In this document: positions 21,009 to 30,862 of the stretch, piece by piece | How the letters are laid out: the number at the start of each line of letters is the position of its first letter | How positions within the stretch are numbered: position 1 is the stretch's first letter | Assembly (NCBI GenBank): GCA_965215195.1 | Contig: CBDCDC010000002.1 | Coordinates: 2,112,001-2,176,000 of the forward strand | From: Candidatus Latescibacterota bacterium | Lineage (GTDB): Bacteria; Latescibacterota; UBA2968; UBA8231 | Length of the DNA: 64,000 bases | Direction: 5' to 3' | Notes under the pieces: generated by a model | The model's database searches: none | What the model was told of the DNA's origin: nothing | What the model saw: the letters and a program-made list of their open reading frames with translations, nothing else | Made by a program: the position numbers and the translations under genes

Positions 21009-22544
21009 TTGATCACTACAATCCAAATCGTCGCCAGCGCTGCGCTGGGGGCACTAATCGGTTTTGGCACCAATTGGCTGGCCATCAAGTCGCTGTTCCG
21101 TCCGCTGCGACCGCGCTGGTACAGCTTAGGCTGGCAAGGGGTTATTCCGCGCAATAAGGAGAAACTAGCCAACAATATCTCCAAGGTTGTAGGGACCGAT
21201 TTATTGGCCAGAGACTATTTGTTAGAGCAATTGCAGAACGCGACTTTGCAGAAGAGTTTGCATCGCTTTGTCGCCACTCAGATAGATCGGTTATTAAGTG
21301 CCAATCTGGCTGCTGCTTTCGCTCAATTGCCGCCGGACTGGCGCGAAGAGGGCTTGGACAAAACAACGCGACGGTTGCTCGAATGGATGGCCGACTGGAG
21401 CGAAAGCGAGTCGGGACTCAAGTTAAAGCGGTGGCTTTTGGATGCCCTAGAAGCACGTTTGGGTGCGCTGCAAGTCGGACAGGTGCTGTCGGCAAAGCAG
21501 CTCGACGAATTTATCGACATGGTCAGCGGCGTACTAGCCAAGCAGGAAACGCGAGAGCACTTGACGCGTATCCTACAGGAGCGATTGGAGGGCTACCTTG
21601 GATCGGATACGCCGCTGGAGAAAGTCGTCCCGGCGGAATTGCGCCATGCCTTGCACGACCGTTTGCAGCGCGAAATTCCGCAAATACTGCTGCGTATAGC
21701 CCGCTGGCTGAAGGATCCTGAAAATGTGGAGTCTCTAGTCGAGCGCATCTTGAAAGCGCTTGAAGCATACGCCGGACAAGCGAATTGGCTCAAGAGTCTG
21801 ATCGCCAGCTTGGGATTGCACTTTTTCCGGGCAGAGATCACCGAGGCATTGCGCCAGCGCATTCCCCAATTGGCCCGAGAGTTTTTGCATAGCGAGGAAG
21901 TGCGCGAGAAGTTCGCCAAACAGCTAATCGCTAGCGTCAACGACTTATTGCGCAAGCCAGTAGCAGAGGTGGTGGGAGATCATCGCCATGTTTTGGCCCA
22001 GCGCGTCGGTTCTATTGCCGCGACTTGGATTTCGAGCACAGAGGCGCAGGAGGCACTGGGGAGCTTTTTGCGCCACCAGTACCGCCAGCACCGCAAGCGT
22101 CAACTCAGCGAGGTCGTGCCAAAGAGGGTGCGGCACACCGTGCGCCAGCGCTTGTCGGAGGCGTTGCGCTTGCCCCGCGATAAAATTGAACCCTGGAGTA
22201 TACAGTTGAGTGCTTTCTTGCGGGAACACCTACAGCGCAGTCGCACGCCGTTGCGGGAGTGGACCGACCTGAAACGAGATGACGAGAAAGCACTAGTTCA
22301 GTGGGCGCAGGACAAAGCGACAAAAGCGCTGGAGACGCAAGTACCCGTACTGATTGCACAGTTCGATATCCAAAGCATGGTGTACGCCAAAATTATGAAG
22401 TTCGATCTGTTGCGGGTGGAGCGTCTGATCAAGGGTATCATCAGCGACCAATTGCGCTATATCAATTTGCTGGGGGCGGTACTAGGGGGATTGGTAGGTG
22501 TGCTCTTGCCGTTTCTCAATGCCTTTATCGCCAGCCTACATTGA
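21009..22544 (+). CDS. DUF445 family membrane-anchored protein
   Basis: GALIGFGTNWLAIKSLFRP...GVIPRNK at the N-terminus; ERLI......LRYINLLGAVLGGLVG at the C-terminus. Confidence 0.9.
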   Translation: MITTIQIVASAALGALIGFGTNWLAIKSLFRPLRPRWYSLGWQGVIPRNKEKLANNISKVVGTDLLARDYLLEQLQNATLQKSLHRFVATQIDRLLSANLAAAFAQLPPDWREEGLDKTTRRLLEWMADWSESESGLKLKRWLLDALEARLGALQVGQVLSAKQLDEFIDMVSGVLAKQETREHLTRILQERLEGYLGSDTPLEKVVPAELRHALHDRLQREIPQILLRIARWLKDPENVESLVERILKALEAYAGQANWLKSLIASLGLHFFRAEITEALRQRIPQLAREFLHSEEVREKFAKQLIASVNDLLRKPVAEVVGDHRHVLAQRVGSIAATWISSTEAQEALGSFLRHQYRQHRKRQLSEVVPKRVRHTVRQRLSEALRLPRDKIEPWSIQLSAFLREHLQRSRTPLREWTDLKRDDEKALVQWAQDKATKALETQVPVLIAQFDIQSMVYAKIMKFDLLRVERLIKGIISDQLRYINLLGAVLGGLVGVLLPFLNAFIASLH

Positions 22545-22670
22545 TGGGGCCGTTGCGCGAAGGGGCCTGCTCCGGCAATTCCCGTTTAGCCATACCGGCC
22601 ACCGATGCCGATTGATGCGGCCTAAAGTTCTGAAAATCCCTCGTGCGGTCCTCTGCGGCCCATCGATGGC

Positions 22671-22728
22671 TTGGGTGCGAGGGCAGCTTGCCCGCGCAGA
22701 GTGGAGGGCGAGACGCCCTCCGTCCTAG
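22671..22728. repeat. REP doublet between convergent genes
   Basis: ttgggtgcgagggcagcttgccc...gagggcgagacgccctc; same family as the array spacers. Confidence 0.6.
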
Positions 22729-22781
22729 GACCCTAACAGCCATTTGCTTGGTTTCATGGAGCAGTCGCTGAAGCACCCCAT

Positions 22782-23675
22782 TCAACCCCACAGTGCCCTG
22801 AGCCGAGGCAGCAGGATGTCCGCGTCGCGGTCGGGGATGTGACCCTCCCAGACCCGGTTCGCCTCAGGCGTTGAGCGGTCGTAGGACTTTTGCAACAGAT
22901 CGGGCAAGCTGAGCGTGTGGAAGCGCGTCTTAAAAAAGCCATCGTCAGAGAGCACCACGCAGCGATACCCCAAGGGGAAGCCGATCAGACAAGCCGTATC
23001 AACGACTAGGTAGTCGCGCTGGGCGGTGATGCGGTTGATGTGGCGGTGGCCGGTGAAGGCCGCGACGATAGCAGGGCTTTCGTCGAGCGTTTTGACCAGC
23101 CGCGGTGCGCCTTCGACCACGCCGCGGTCCCAGTGGAAATCCGGCAGAATCCAAGTGTGGAGGACGAGCAGCAGGGCGCAGCCATCGGCTAGGGCTTGGG
23201 CCGCGGCAGCGCACAGGGCCTCGTCGAGCGCGTCGGTCCAGACGCCAGCCCCTTGCTCAAAGACATTGCAGTCGTGGAAGACGTTGGCCAGTGCCAAGCG
23301 CAGGCGCGGGGCGGCATTGACGACGGTTAGCGGGTCGGGATAGGGGAAGCGGGCGGCGAAGCCGGCGAAGGAACCGCTCTGGGCGTCGCAGTCGTGATTG
23401 CCGGGAATTGCGTAGAAAGGGGCTTCAATCCGTGCAAAGGCCGCAGCCGCCTCGTCAATTGAGCGCAAATAGGTCTCGGTGGGCAGGTCAAAGGACGATC
23501 CGCCGCAGAGGAAGTCGCCGCCGTGGACGACAAAATCGAAAGCCTGCGCGTTGAGGGCGGGGGGTATTGCGTCGAGCACCTCTTGGCTGCGGGTGAGCAT
23601 CTTGGGAGCGCCGTAGTCTTCGGGGGCGTCCGGGTAGTGGTGGGTGTCGGTGAGGAAGGCGAAGCGGACGGACAT
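22782..23675 (-). CDS. Metallophosphoesterase (calcineurin-like)
   Basis: TDTH, HGGDF, PGNHD, TGHRH motifs. Confidence 0.9.
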   Translation of the reverse strand: MSVRFAFLTDTHHYPDAPEDYGAPKMLTRSQEVLDAIPPALNAQAFDFVVHGGDFLCGGSSFDLPTETYLRSIDEAAAAFARIEAPFYAIPGNHDCDAQSGSFAGFAARFPYPDPLTVVNAAPRLRLALANVFHDCNVFEQGAGVWTDALDEALCAAAAQALADGCALLLVLHTWILPDFHWDRGVVEGAPRLVKTLDESPAIVAAFTGHRHINRITAQRDYLVVDTACLIGFPLGYRCVVLSDDGFFKTRFHTLSLPDLLQKSYDRSTPEANRVWEGHIPDRDADILLPRLRALWG

Positions 23676-23822
23676 GGAAACGGCTCCTGTACGGGGGATA
23701 TTCATACGGCGCACTGTTGCGCTAGGTGGCGTTGCGCCCCTTTTTCGACGCGGTAGTAGAGCTAAAAACCCGCAACAATATCGCAAGTTTTGCCGTCGGC
23801 AGCCAGCAGAGGTAATTAGAAA

Positions 23823-24425
23823 ATGCCCTATATAGACATCGTGCCCCTAAAACGGGCCACTGGCCTGCTCAAAAAGCAATACGAAGCCGCCCTCGCTCGG
23901 GCCGGGCGCATTTGGGGCATTGTCTCCATTATGAGCCTCAACCCCCGGGCCATGAAGACCTCACTAAATTTTTACCAAGCCCTCATGTACGGCCCCTCGC
24001 CCCTGAGCCGGGGCCGCCGCGAAATGCTGGCCGTAGTCGTTTCGGCCGCGAATCACTGCGCGTACTGAATACGCGCCCACGCCCACGACCTCCGGGCCGA
24101 GGTCGCTCGCGATTTTGCCGTTGCAGAAGGAGCCCCGGCCGACCGGCTGGTGCATCAATTGTCCGCGAATTGGCGTCAAGCCGCTTTGCCCCCGGCCGAC
24201 CGTGCCCTATGCGCCTTTGCCGAAAAACTGACCCGGCGACCCCAAGACTCAACCGCTGAGGACATCAACCAATTGCGTCAGCACGGCTTTGACGAGCGCG
24301 GCATCCACGACGCCGTCCAAGTCATCGGCTATTTCAACTACATCAATCGCGTGGCAGAGGCCTTGGGCGTTGAGCCTGAATCCTTTATCCGGCCTTGGGA
24401 AAAATCCGCGGCCGCTCCCGACTAG
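23823..24425 (+). CDS. AhpD/CMD-family peroxidase-related selenoprotein (UGA at 24066-24068 read as Sec; CxxU)
   Basis: ORFs 23823-24068 and 24150-24425 are in the same frame and joined by one TGA: REMLAVVVSAANHCAY-U-IRAHAHDLR...ALCAFAEKLT...FNYINRVAEALG; hairpin immediately downstream. Confidence 0.85.
24069..24111 (+). promoter_or_regulatory. Putative bacterial SECIS element
   Basis: Perfect 7-bp stem CGACCTC(24086-92)/GAGGTCG(24099-105) with G-containing loop CGGGCC; 24 nt separate the UGA from the loop. Confidence 0.7.
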
Positions 24426-24551
24426 TCCGCAAAAAATGGCTCCTGTTAAACTAGTATTCGTTATTAGTACCTGACGTTGCGCCCAGGTGCCTTGGATTCG
24501 ACCTGCCCAACCAAGACGCCCAGATACAGTTCGCTAAAAGAATCGCCATCC

Positions 24552-25544
24552 ATGAGCCAGCCCGCGCCCCAGATCGCCGTTGAAAACTTGGTCAAAACCT
24601 ATCGCATTGCCGAGCGCCGCCCCGGCCTTTGGGGTGCCTTGCGGGGCGTTGTGCAGCGCTCGCATCGCACAATTCGGGCGTTGGACGGCATCTCTTTCTC
24701 ACTCGAAGCCGGCGAACTGGTGGGCTATATCGGCCCCAATGGCGCTGGCAAATCCACTACGGTCAAAATCCTCTCCGGCATCGTCGTGCCCGACTCCGGG
24801 CGCTGCGAGGTCCAAGGCCGCGTCCCTTGGCAGGACCGCATTGGCCACGTCAGTCGCATTGGCGTGGTCTTTGGCCAGCGCACCCAATTGTGGTGGGACT
24901 TGCCGGCCATTGAGTCCTTTGATCTGCTGCGCGACATCTACAAAGTGCCCCCCACCGCCTACCGCCGGCGGCGCGACGCGCTCATCGCCATGTTGGAACT
25001 TTCTTCCTTTCTCGACGTGCCCGTGCGCCAGCTCAGCTTGGGCCAGCGCATGCGCTGCGATTTAGTGGCGGCCCTGCTGCACGGCCCGGGCCTGCTCTTT
25101 TTGGACGAGCCGACCATTGGCCTCGACGCGGTCTCCAAATTGGCGGTGCGCGATTTCATCAAAGAACTCAACCGCCAAGAGGGCACTACCGTCATCCTGA
25201 CCACCCACGACATGGACGATATCGAAGCCCTGTGCAATCGGGTCATGGTCATTGGCGACGGCACCATCCTCTCCGACGGCAGCCTCGCCGATTTGCGCGC
25301 CCGCGTCTCGTCCGAGCGCCGCCTCATCGTCGATCTGGTCGATGCCGCAGCGACCATTGACGACGAGGCCGCCCGCGTCGTGCAGCGCGATGGCCCCCGA
25401 GTGCATCTCAGCTTTGCGCCCGAACGCATTTCGGCCCCGGCCCTCATCAGCCGCATCACGGCCCGCCACGAGGTGCGCGACCTCTTTGTGGAAAACCCGC
25501 CCATTGAGGAAGTCATCGCCCAACTCTACCGGGACCGCCCTTGA
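24552..25544 (+). CDS. ABC-2 type exporter ATP-binding protein
   Basis: [47 protein letters not shown]. Confidence 0.93.
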   Translation: MSQPAPQIAVENLVKTYRIAERRPGLWGALRGVVQRSHRTIRALDGISFSLEAGELVGYIGPNGAGKSTTVKILSGIVVPDSGRCEVQGRVPWQDRIGHVSRIGVVFGQRTQLWWDLPAIESFDLLRDIYKVPPTAYRRRRDALIAMLELSSFLDVPVRQLSLGQRMRCDLVAALLHGPGLLFLDEPTIGLDAVSKLAVRDFIKELNRQEGTTVILTTHDMDDIEALCNRVMVIGDGTILSDGSLADLRARVSSERRLIVDLVDAAATIDDEAARVVQRDGPRVHLSFAPERISAPALISRITARHEVRDLFVENPPIEEVIAQLYRDRP

Positions 25545-26335
25545 TGCGGCCCTATCTGTCCGTCCTCAGCGCCCGCATCCGCATGTTGCTGCAGTACCGG
25601 GCCGCGGCCCTAGCCGGCATGAGCACGCAGCTATTTTGGGGACTCATTCGGGTGATGATCTTCGAAGCCTTCTACCGCACTTCGACTCAGGCGCAGCCCA
25701 TGACCTACGCCGAAGTGGTCAATTACGTCTGGCTCGGTCAGGCCCTGTTCGCCCTCTTGCCTTGGAATCCCGACAACGACATCCGCGCCATGGTGCGCAC
25801 GGGCACCGTGGCCTACGAGTTGGTGCGCCCGGTCGATCTATACGCCTTTTGGTACAGCCGCGCCCTCGCCAACCGCATCGCCCCCACCCTGCTGCGCTCG
25901 GTGCCGTTGTTCTGCGTGGCCTTCCTCTTCTTCGGCTTGCAAGCTCCCGCGTCCCCGGCTGCGGCTGCGGCTTGGGCTTTGGCCACGGTGGGCGCGGTCC
26001 TGTTGGGCGGTGCTCTATCCAATTTGGTCAACGTCTCCTTGTTGTGGACCATCGCCGGAGAGGGGACCATTCAAATGCTGGGGGTGTGCATCTACGTTTT
26101 TTCGGGCATGGTGATTCCCTTGCCGCTGTTTCCCGATGGATTCCAACCCATACTCGACTTCATGCCTTTCCGCGGCTTGGCCGATACCCCTTTCCGCCTC
26201 TACATGGGGCACATTCCCGCGTCCCAAGTCTGGTCGGTGGTGGGGCATCAGCTCGCGTGGACTGTGGCCCTAATGGGGTTGGGCCGCTTCCTCCTCTATC
26301 GCGGCACCCGCCGCTTGGTCGTCCAAGGAGGCTGA
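25541..26335 (+). CDS. ABC-2 family permease (DUF990-like)
   Basis: [26 protein letters not shown], ends VVQGG; six TM segments. Confidence 0.88.
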   Translation: MMRPYLSVLSARIRMLLQYRAAALAGMSTQLFWGLIRVMIFEAFYRTSTQAQPMTYAEVVNYVWLGQALFALLPWNPDNDIRAMVRTGTVAYELVRPVDLYAFWYSRALANRIAPTLLRSVPLFCVAFLFFGLQAPASPAAAAAWALATVGAVLLGGALSNLVNVSLLWTIAGEGTIQMLGVCIYVFSGMVIPLPLFPDGFQPILDFMPFRGLADTPFRLYMGHIPASQVWSVVGHQLAWTVALMGLGRFLLYRGTRRLVVQGG

Positions 26336-26339
26336 AGCC

Positions 26340-27143
26340 GTGCTCGATGGACTGCGCCTGTACGGCCGCTACATCGGTATCTCCTTCCGCAGCCAAATGC
26401 AGTACCGGGCCTCTTTTGTCATGCTGTCCGTGGGCCAGGGCCTGATGACCGGCCTAGAATTCTTGGGCATCTGGGTGCTCTTCGACCGCTTTGCCGCGCT
26501 CGACACTTGGAGTCTGCCCGAAGTGGCCTTCTTTTACGGCCTCATCAACATCGCCTTTGCCCTGTGCGACGCGTTCTCGCGCGGCTTTGACTTGTTCGCC
26601 GCCACGGTCAAAAGCGGCGACTTCGACCGCCTGCTGCTGCGCCCCCGCAGCACGGCCCTGCAATTGGCCGGACAAGAACTGACCCTCAAACGCATCGGCC
26701 GCCTCACCCAAGGCTTGGCTGTCCTGCTGTGGGCCGCACATGCCCTAGACTTGGCTTGGACGCCGGACAAGCTGGTCCTCGCCGTGCTCACCATTCTCGG
26801 CGGCGCTTGCCTGTTTTACGGCCTCATAGTGCTGCAGGCGACACTCGCTTTTTGGACCATCGAGAGCTTGGAAATCGTCAATACCGTAACCTACGGCGGC
26901 GTGGAGACAGCTCAGTACCCACTGGCTATCTACCGCGAGTGGTTCCGCCGCTTTTTCACCTACGTCATCCCCCTCGCCTGCGTCAGCTATTATCCGGCGC
27001 TGGGGATTTTGGAGCGCCCCGATCCTTTGGGTTCAGGCCCGTTATTCCAATGGCTGGCCCCGGTCGTGGGCCTGCTCTTTTTCGTGCTCTGTCTGCACAT
27101 CTGGCAAGTAGGCGTGCGGCACTACCGCTCTACGGGAAGCTGA
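26340..27143 (+). CDS. ABC-2 family permease (DUF990-like)
   Basis: MQYRASF, GDFDRLLLRP, YPLAIY, ends HYRSTGS. Confidence 0.88.
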   Translation: MLDGLRLYGRYIGISFRSQMQYRASFVMLSVGQGLMTGLEFLGIWVLFDRFAALDTWSLPEVAFFYGLINIAFALCDAFSRGFDLFAATVKSGDFDRLLLRPRSTALQLAGQELTLKRIGRLTQGLAVLLWAAHALDLAWTPDKLVLAVLTILGGACLFYGLIVLQATLAFWTIESLEIVNTVTYGGVETAQYPLAIYREWFRRFFTYVIPLACVSYYPALGILERPDPLGSGPLFQWLAPVVGLLFFVLCLHIWQVGVRHYRSTGS

Positions 27144-27194
27144 TGGGAACGCTCTCGTCCGCGAACAGTCCGTCTTGCCCTTCGGCTTCTCATG

Positions 27195-27213
27195 GGATAT
27201 ACTTCGGATATAC
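27195..27213. promoter_or_regulatory. Putative mazEF operator (GGATATAC direct repeat)
   Basis: ggatatac-ttc-ggatatac just upstream of the GAGGAGG SD of mazE. Confidence 0.4.
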
Positions 27214-27239
27214 ATCACCTTATGAGGAGGTCGGCCAAG

Positions 27240-27485
27240 TTGAGTACAATACAGAAATGGGGAAACAGCCAAGGGCTTCGGTTGGCCAAGGCCATTCTCC
27301 AAGAAGCGCAGCTAAACGTGGGCGACGAAGTGGATATTTCCGTCGAAAACGGGCGAATCATAATTGAGCCTGCGACTAAAATTCGCGGGAGATACGACTT
27401 GCAGGAGTTGTTGGCAAAGATGCCTAAAGAGTACCGAGTTGAAGAACCGGATTGGGGCGGACCTATTGGGAAAGAAGTCTGGTAA
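27240..27485 (+). CDS. mazE: AbrB/MazE-family antitoxin
   Basis: TIQKWGNSQGLRL...YDLQELLA...DWGGPIGKEVW; TTG start after GAGGAGG. Confidence 0.9.
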   Translation: MSTIQKWGNSQGLRLAKAILQEAQLNVGDEVDISVENGRIIIEPATKIRGRYDLQELLAKMPKEYRVEEPDWGGPIGKEVW

Positions 27486-27833
27486 ATGCCCCGTTATATT
27501 CCCCAGAAAGGGGATTTTGTGATTTTGACCTTTGATCCCCAAGCAGGACACGAGCAAAAAGGGCGTCGTCCCGCATTGGTAGTAAGCAACACCCTGTTCA
27601 ATAGGCACACCGGACTTGCCATGGTGTGCCCGATAACTAAGACAAAAAGGAATATCCCTTTTCACGTGGAAGTTCCAAGCGAATCATCCCTTGCGGGGTA
27701 TATCGTGGTCGAACAGATCAAATCCGTTGATTGCGCAAGTCGCAAAGTAACGTTCGTTGGGAAAGCCCCCGGATCAGTACTCGACGAAGTTTTAAGCCTC
27801 CTAGACGCCTGCCTATACAATCCGCTCCAATAA
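27486..27833 (+). CDS. mazF: PemK/MazF-family endoribonuclease toxin
   Basis: FDPQAGHEQKGRRPALVVS..FN..TGLAMVCPIT, QIKSVD. Confidence 0.92.
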   Translation: MPRYIPQKGDFVILTFDPQAGHEQKGRRPALVVSNTLFNRHTGLAMVCPITKTKRNIPFHVEVPSESSLAGYIVVEQIKSVDCASRKVTFVGKAPGSVLDEVLSLLDACLYNPLQ

Positions 27834-27854
27834 AAGCGCATCGTCCACGCCGAG

Positions 27855-28111
27855 ACGGCCACAGCCCGTACATGGATTTCACCGTCACCATCTCCGACTC
27901 CGCTCACCCCAAGACTTTGCCGTGACCGACGAGCCGCTCGCATCACCTCATGCACACCTATGACCCCGGCCGCGACGAGACCCACACCATGGCCTATCAT
28001 CAGGGCCGAGTGTTCTTCTTTGCCTTGGGCCACGATAAGGCCGTGCTGGAAAACCCCTCCTTCCAAGAAGTGGTGCGCCGCGGTGCCCTGTGGGTGGGCA
28101 AGCGGTTGTAA
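27855..28111 (+). pseudogene. ThuA-like domain remnant
   Basis: GHSPYMDFTVTISDSAHP, then in another frame HTMAYHQGRVFFFALGHDKAVLENPSFQEVVRRGALWV*; the 5' part is missing. Confidence 0.6.
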
Positions 28112-28150
28112 TTGTGCCGCGCAGACACTCTCTAAGTAGAAAGACAATCA

Positions 28151-28858
28151 ATGACTGAAATACGGGGAGTTTTCTTCGACCTATACGGTACGCTATTGCG
28201 CTATGGCGATATGGAGGCCGCGGGCGACAGTTGGTTCCGCTGCATACGCCGCGAACTGATCGCTTGCGGCCGTGCGTTTGATGGCGAAACACTGATCCGG
28301 GTGTGCGAGGAATTCCTGATCCAACCCGAGCCGCCGGTACAGGACGACGGGCTAACCGTGTACGAGCGCCGCATCCGCGAGTTGGTCGGGGAGTTGGGCT
28401 TGGCGTTAGGCTTGGAGGAATTGCGGCGAATCAGCGCGGCGAGCGTGGCGGCGTGGCACGCACATACGCCGCTCGATCCAGAGGCCAAAGGCGTGCTCGG
28501 CGAGTTGCAAGGCCGCTACAAGCTGGCGCTGATCTCCAATTTCGACCATCCGCCGCACGTGCATCGCTTGCTGGACGAACTGGCCTTGCGCCCCTTTTTC
28601 GACGCGGTGGTCGTCTCCGGCGATGTCGGCGTCAAAAAGCCCGACCCGGCGATCTTTGCCCCAGCCCTAAAGCAGACCGGACTGGCGACGGACGAGGCGC
28701 TCTTCGTCGGCGATTCACCGGAAGACGACGTAGCCGGGGCTAGGGCGGCGGGGCTGCGGCCGGTGTTGATTCGGCGTTCGCTTGGCGCGGACGGATGGAC
28801 AGAGGACGGGGTGCGAGTGGTGACGGGGTTGAGGGAAGTGGTCAGGTTAGTTGGTTAA
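28151..28858 (+). CDS. HAD-family hydrolase
   Basis: FFDLYGTL, ISNFD, KKPDPAIF, FVGDSPEDDVAGA. Confidence 0.92.
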   Translation: MTEIRGVFFDLYGTLLRYGDMEAAGDSWFRCIRRELIACGRAFDGETLIRVCEEFLIQPEPPVQDDGLTVYERRIRELVGELGLALGLEELRRISAASVAAWHAHTPLDPEAKGVLGELQGRYKLALISNFDHPPHVHRLLDELALRPFFDAVVVSGDVGVKKPDPAIFAPALKQTGLATDEALFVGDSPEDDVAGARAAGLRPVLIRRSLGADGWTEDGVRVVTGLREVVRLVG

Positions 28859-28892
28859 TGTTGTGCCTCATATCCTAAAGAAAGGAAACGCG

Positions 28893-30005
28893 ATGGCAAC
28901 GGACGGAACGGTTTTGCAAACGGGCGACCCAGCGGCTGTCGGCATGTCGGCCACCCAACTCGAACGGGCCTTTGGCCTGCTCGCGGCCGCTACCCAAGCA
29001 GGCCAGATCAGCGCGGCCTCCCTGACAGTGGCGCGGCACGGCCAGGAGATCTTCGCACGAGGGACTGGCCAGCGCAAACCCAACACAGGCCAGCCGGTCG
29101 ATGCGGATTCGATCTTTCTCCTCGCGTCGATCACCAAGCCGGTCACAGCTTGCGCCCTGATGATCCTCGTTGACCGCGGGCTAATCTCGCTCGACGACCC
29201 GGCTGCCGACTACCTGCCCGAGTTCACAGGCGGCGACCGGCCCGCCGTCAAGGTCCGCCACCTGCTGTCGCACATATCGGGTATGCCCGACATGCTGCCG
29301 GAGAACGTCAGCCTGCGGCGGGCGCACGAGCCAGTAGAAGTCTTTGTCGAGCGCGCCATGCAGACGCCCCTGCTCTACAAACCAGCGACCGATTTCCGCT
29401 ACCAGAGCAAGGGCATCCTGCTGGCAGCCGCGATCGTCGAGCGCGTCAGCGGCCAGCGGTTGCGCGACTTTGAACGCGAGGAAATTTTCGCGCCGTTGGG
29501 CATGGGGCGCAGCGCGTTGGGCATGGGCGCTTGGGCGCTTGAAGATACGGTGTGGTGCGGGACGGACACCCAAGAGGACGAAGAACTGCGGAGCTGGGGG
29601 TGGAATTCCCCGTACTGGCGCGATTTCGGGGCGCCGTGGGGCGGCATGCACAGCACCGGGCGCGACTTGGCGATCCTCTTGCAAACCATGCTCAACGGCG
29701 GCGCATACGGCGACCAGCGCATCTTCAGCCGAGCTGCGGTCGCGGCCATGACGCGGGACCAGAACGGCGCACTCGACGCGCCGTGGGGCCTTGGATGGGG
29801 CGTATGCGGGGCGCGGGTGTGGGCCTTTTGGGGCGATCTGGTGTCGTCGCGCACCTTCGGCCACACCGGGGCGACTGGCACGGTGGCGTGGGCGGACGCA
29901 GAGCGCCAGCTAAGCTGCGTGGTGCTGACCAACCAAATGGTCGCCAACGGGAGCTTGCTGCGGCGGGTTTCCAACGCGGTATCCGCGGCCGTGGAAGAAG
30001 GCTAG
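28893..30005 (+). CDS. Serine hydrolase, beta-lactamase (class C-like) family
   Basis: FLLASITK (SxxK), LLSHISG, FRY, FGHTGATG. Confidence 0.9.
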   Translation: MATDGTVLQTGDPAAVGMSATQLERAFGLLAAATQAGQISAASLTVARHGQEIFARGTGQRKPNTGQPVDADSIFLLASITKPVTACALMILVDRGLISLDDPAADYLPEFTGGDRPAVKVRHLLSHISGMPDMLPENVSLRRAHEPVEVFVERAMQTPLLYKPATDFRYQSKGILLAAAIVERVSGQRLRDFEREEIFAPLGMGRSALGMGAWALEDTVWCGTDTQEDEELRSWGWNSPYWRDFGAPWGGMHSTGRDLAILLQTMLNGGAYGDQRIFSRAAVAAMTRDQNGALDAPWGLGWGVCGARVWAFWGDLVSSRTFGHTGATGTVAWADAERQLSCVVLTNQMVANGSLLRRVSNAVSAAVEEG

Positions 30006-30218
30006 TGGGCTGTCAAAGTTTATTGCTTAGCTGTCATTCCCGCGCACAGCCTTTTAGGCGGGACATCCACTCTATCAGATAGCAAACTTTTTGCAGGACC
30101 ACTAGTGCCCAAATCCTCTCCGAGTCCTGAGAAAAATTAATTTTGTCAATTTTATTATTGATTTTATTAAATAATATCGCTATTCTATTTGCAAATACAA
30201 TTATTTGGAGGTCTAATC

Positions 30219-30581
30219 ATCAAGGACTGGAAAGAGCTAACCGATCTGACGAAGGGGGCGCGCATCGTGGTGGAGCGGGTTTCCCTGCCGGACAGCGACA
30301 TCGCAATCGAAGGGCAATTCGAGCCGCCTGTGTTGGCGCGTCTCTCGGCCGAAGACCAAGTATTCGTAATGGCCTTCGTCCACGTCCACGGCTCGATCAA
30401 GGAGATGGAGCGCATATTTGGCATTAGCTACCCGACGGTCAAAAACCGGCTGAACGCCATTGCAGAGCAGCTCCAGTTCGTCGAGACAGTGCCTCGCTCA
30501 AATCCCCAATCAGCGACAGTACTCGACAGCTTGGAGAGCGGCGAGATCGACGTCGAAGAGGCACTGCGGAGGCTCTCCTGA
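30219..30581 (+). CDS. DUF2089 family protein
   Basis: LSAEDQVFV..FV..HGSIKEMERIFGISYPTVKNRL; the GGAGG SD points to an ATC codon at 30219 (alternative TTG at 30189). Confidence 0.8.
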   Translation: MKDWKELTDLTKGARIVVERVSLPDSDIAIEGQFEPPVLARLSAEDQVFVMAFVHVHGSIKEMERIFGISYPTVKNRLNAIAEQLQFVETVPRSNPQSATVLDSLESGEIDVEEALRRLS

Positions 30582-30853
30582 TGCTGCCACCTGTGTTCCT
30601 AAGACTACGGGTTCAGGATGACAAGCGCCGCATTCGGCTGTGGATCCCGCTCATAGTGCTATGGCCGCTCATTGCCGTTGTGGTGCTGCTGGGGACGCCT
30701 GTTGCACTAGTAGCAGTGCGCTCGGGACACCGCCTGCGAGGTCGTTCCGTCCTGCTGGCCGGACCCTTGCTTCTCTACGTGCTTGCCTCGCTGCGCGGCC
30801 TGCGCTGCGACGTAATCTCCGGCGAGGACCGCGTATTCATTTCAATTGACTAG
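30581..30853 (+). CDS. Small membrane protein of the DUF2089 operon
   Basis: TGATG overlap; IRLWIPLIVLWPL TM segment. Confidence 0.7.
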   Translation: MLPPVFLRLRVQDDKRRIRLWIPLIVLWPLIAVVVLLGTPVALVAVRSGHRLRGRSVLLAGPLLLYVLASLRGLRCDVISGEDRVFISID

Positions 30854-30862
30854 GAGGCTGTG

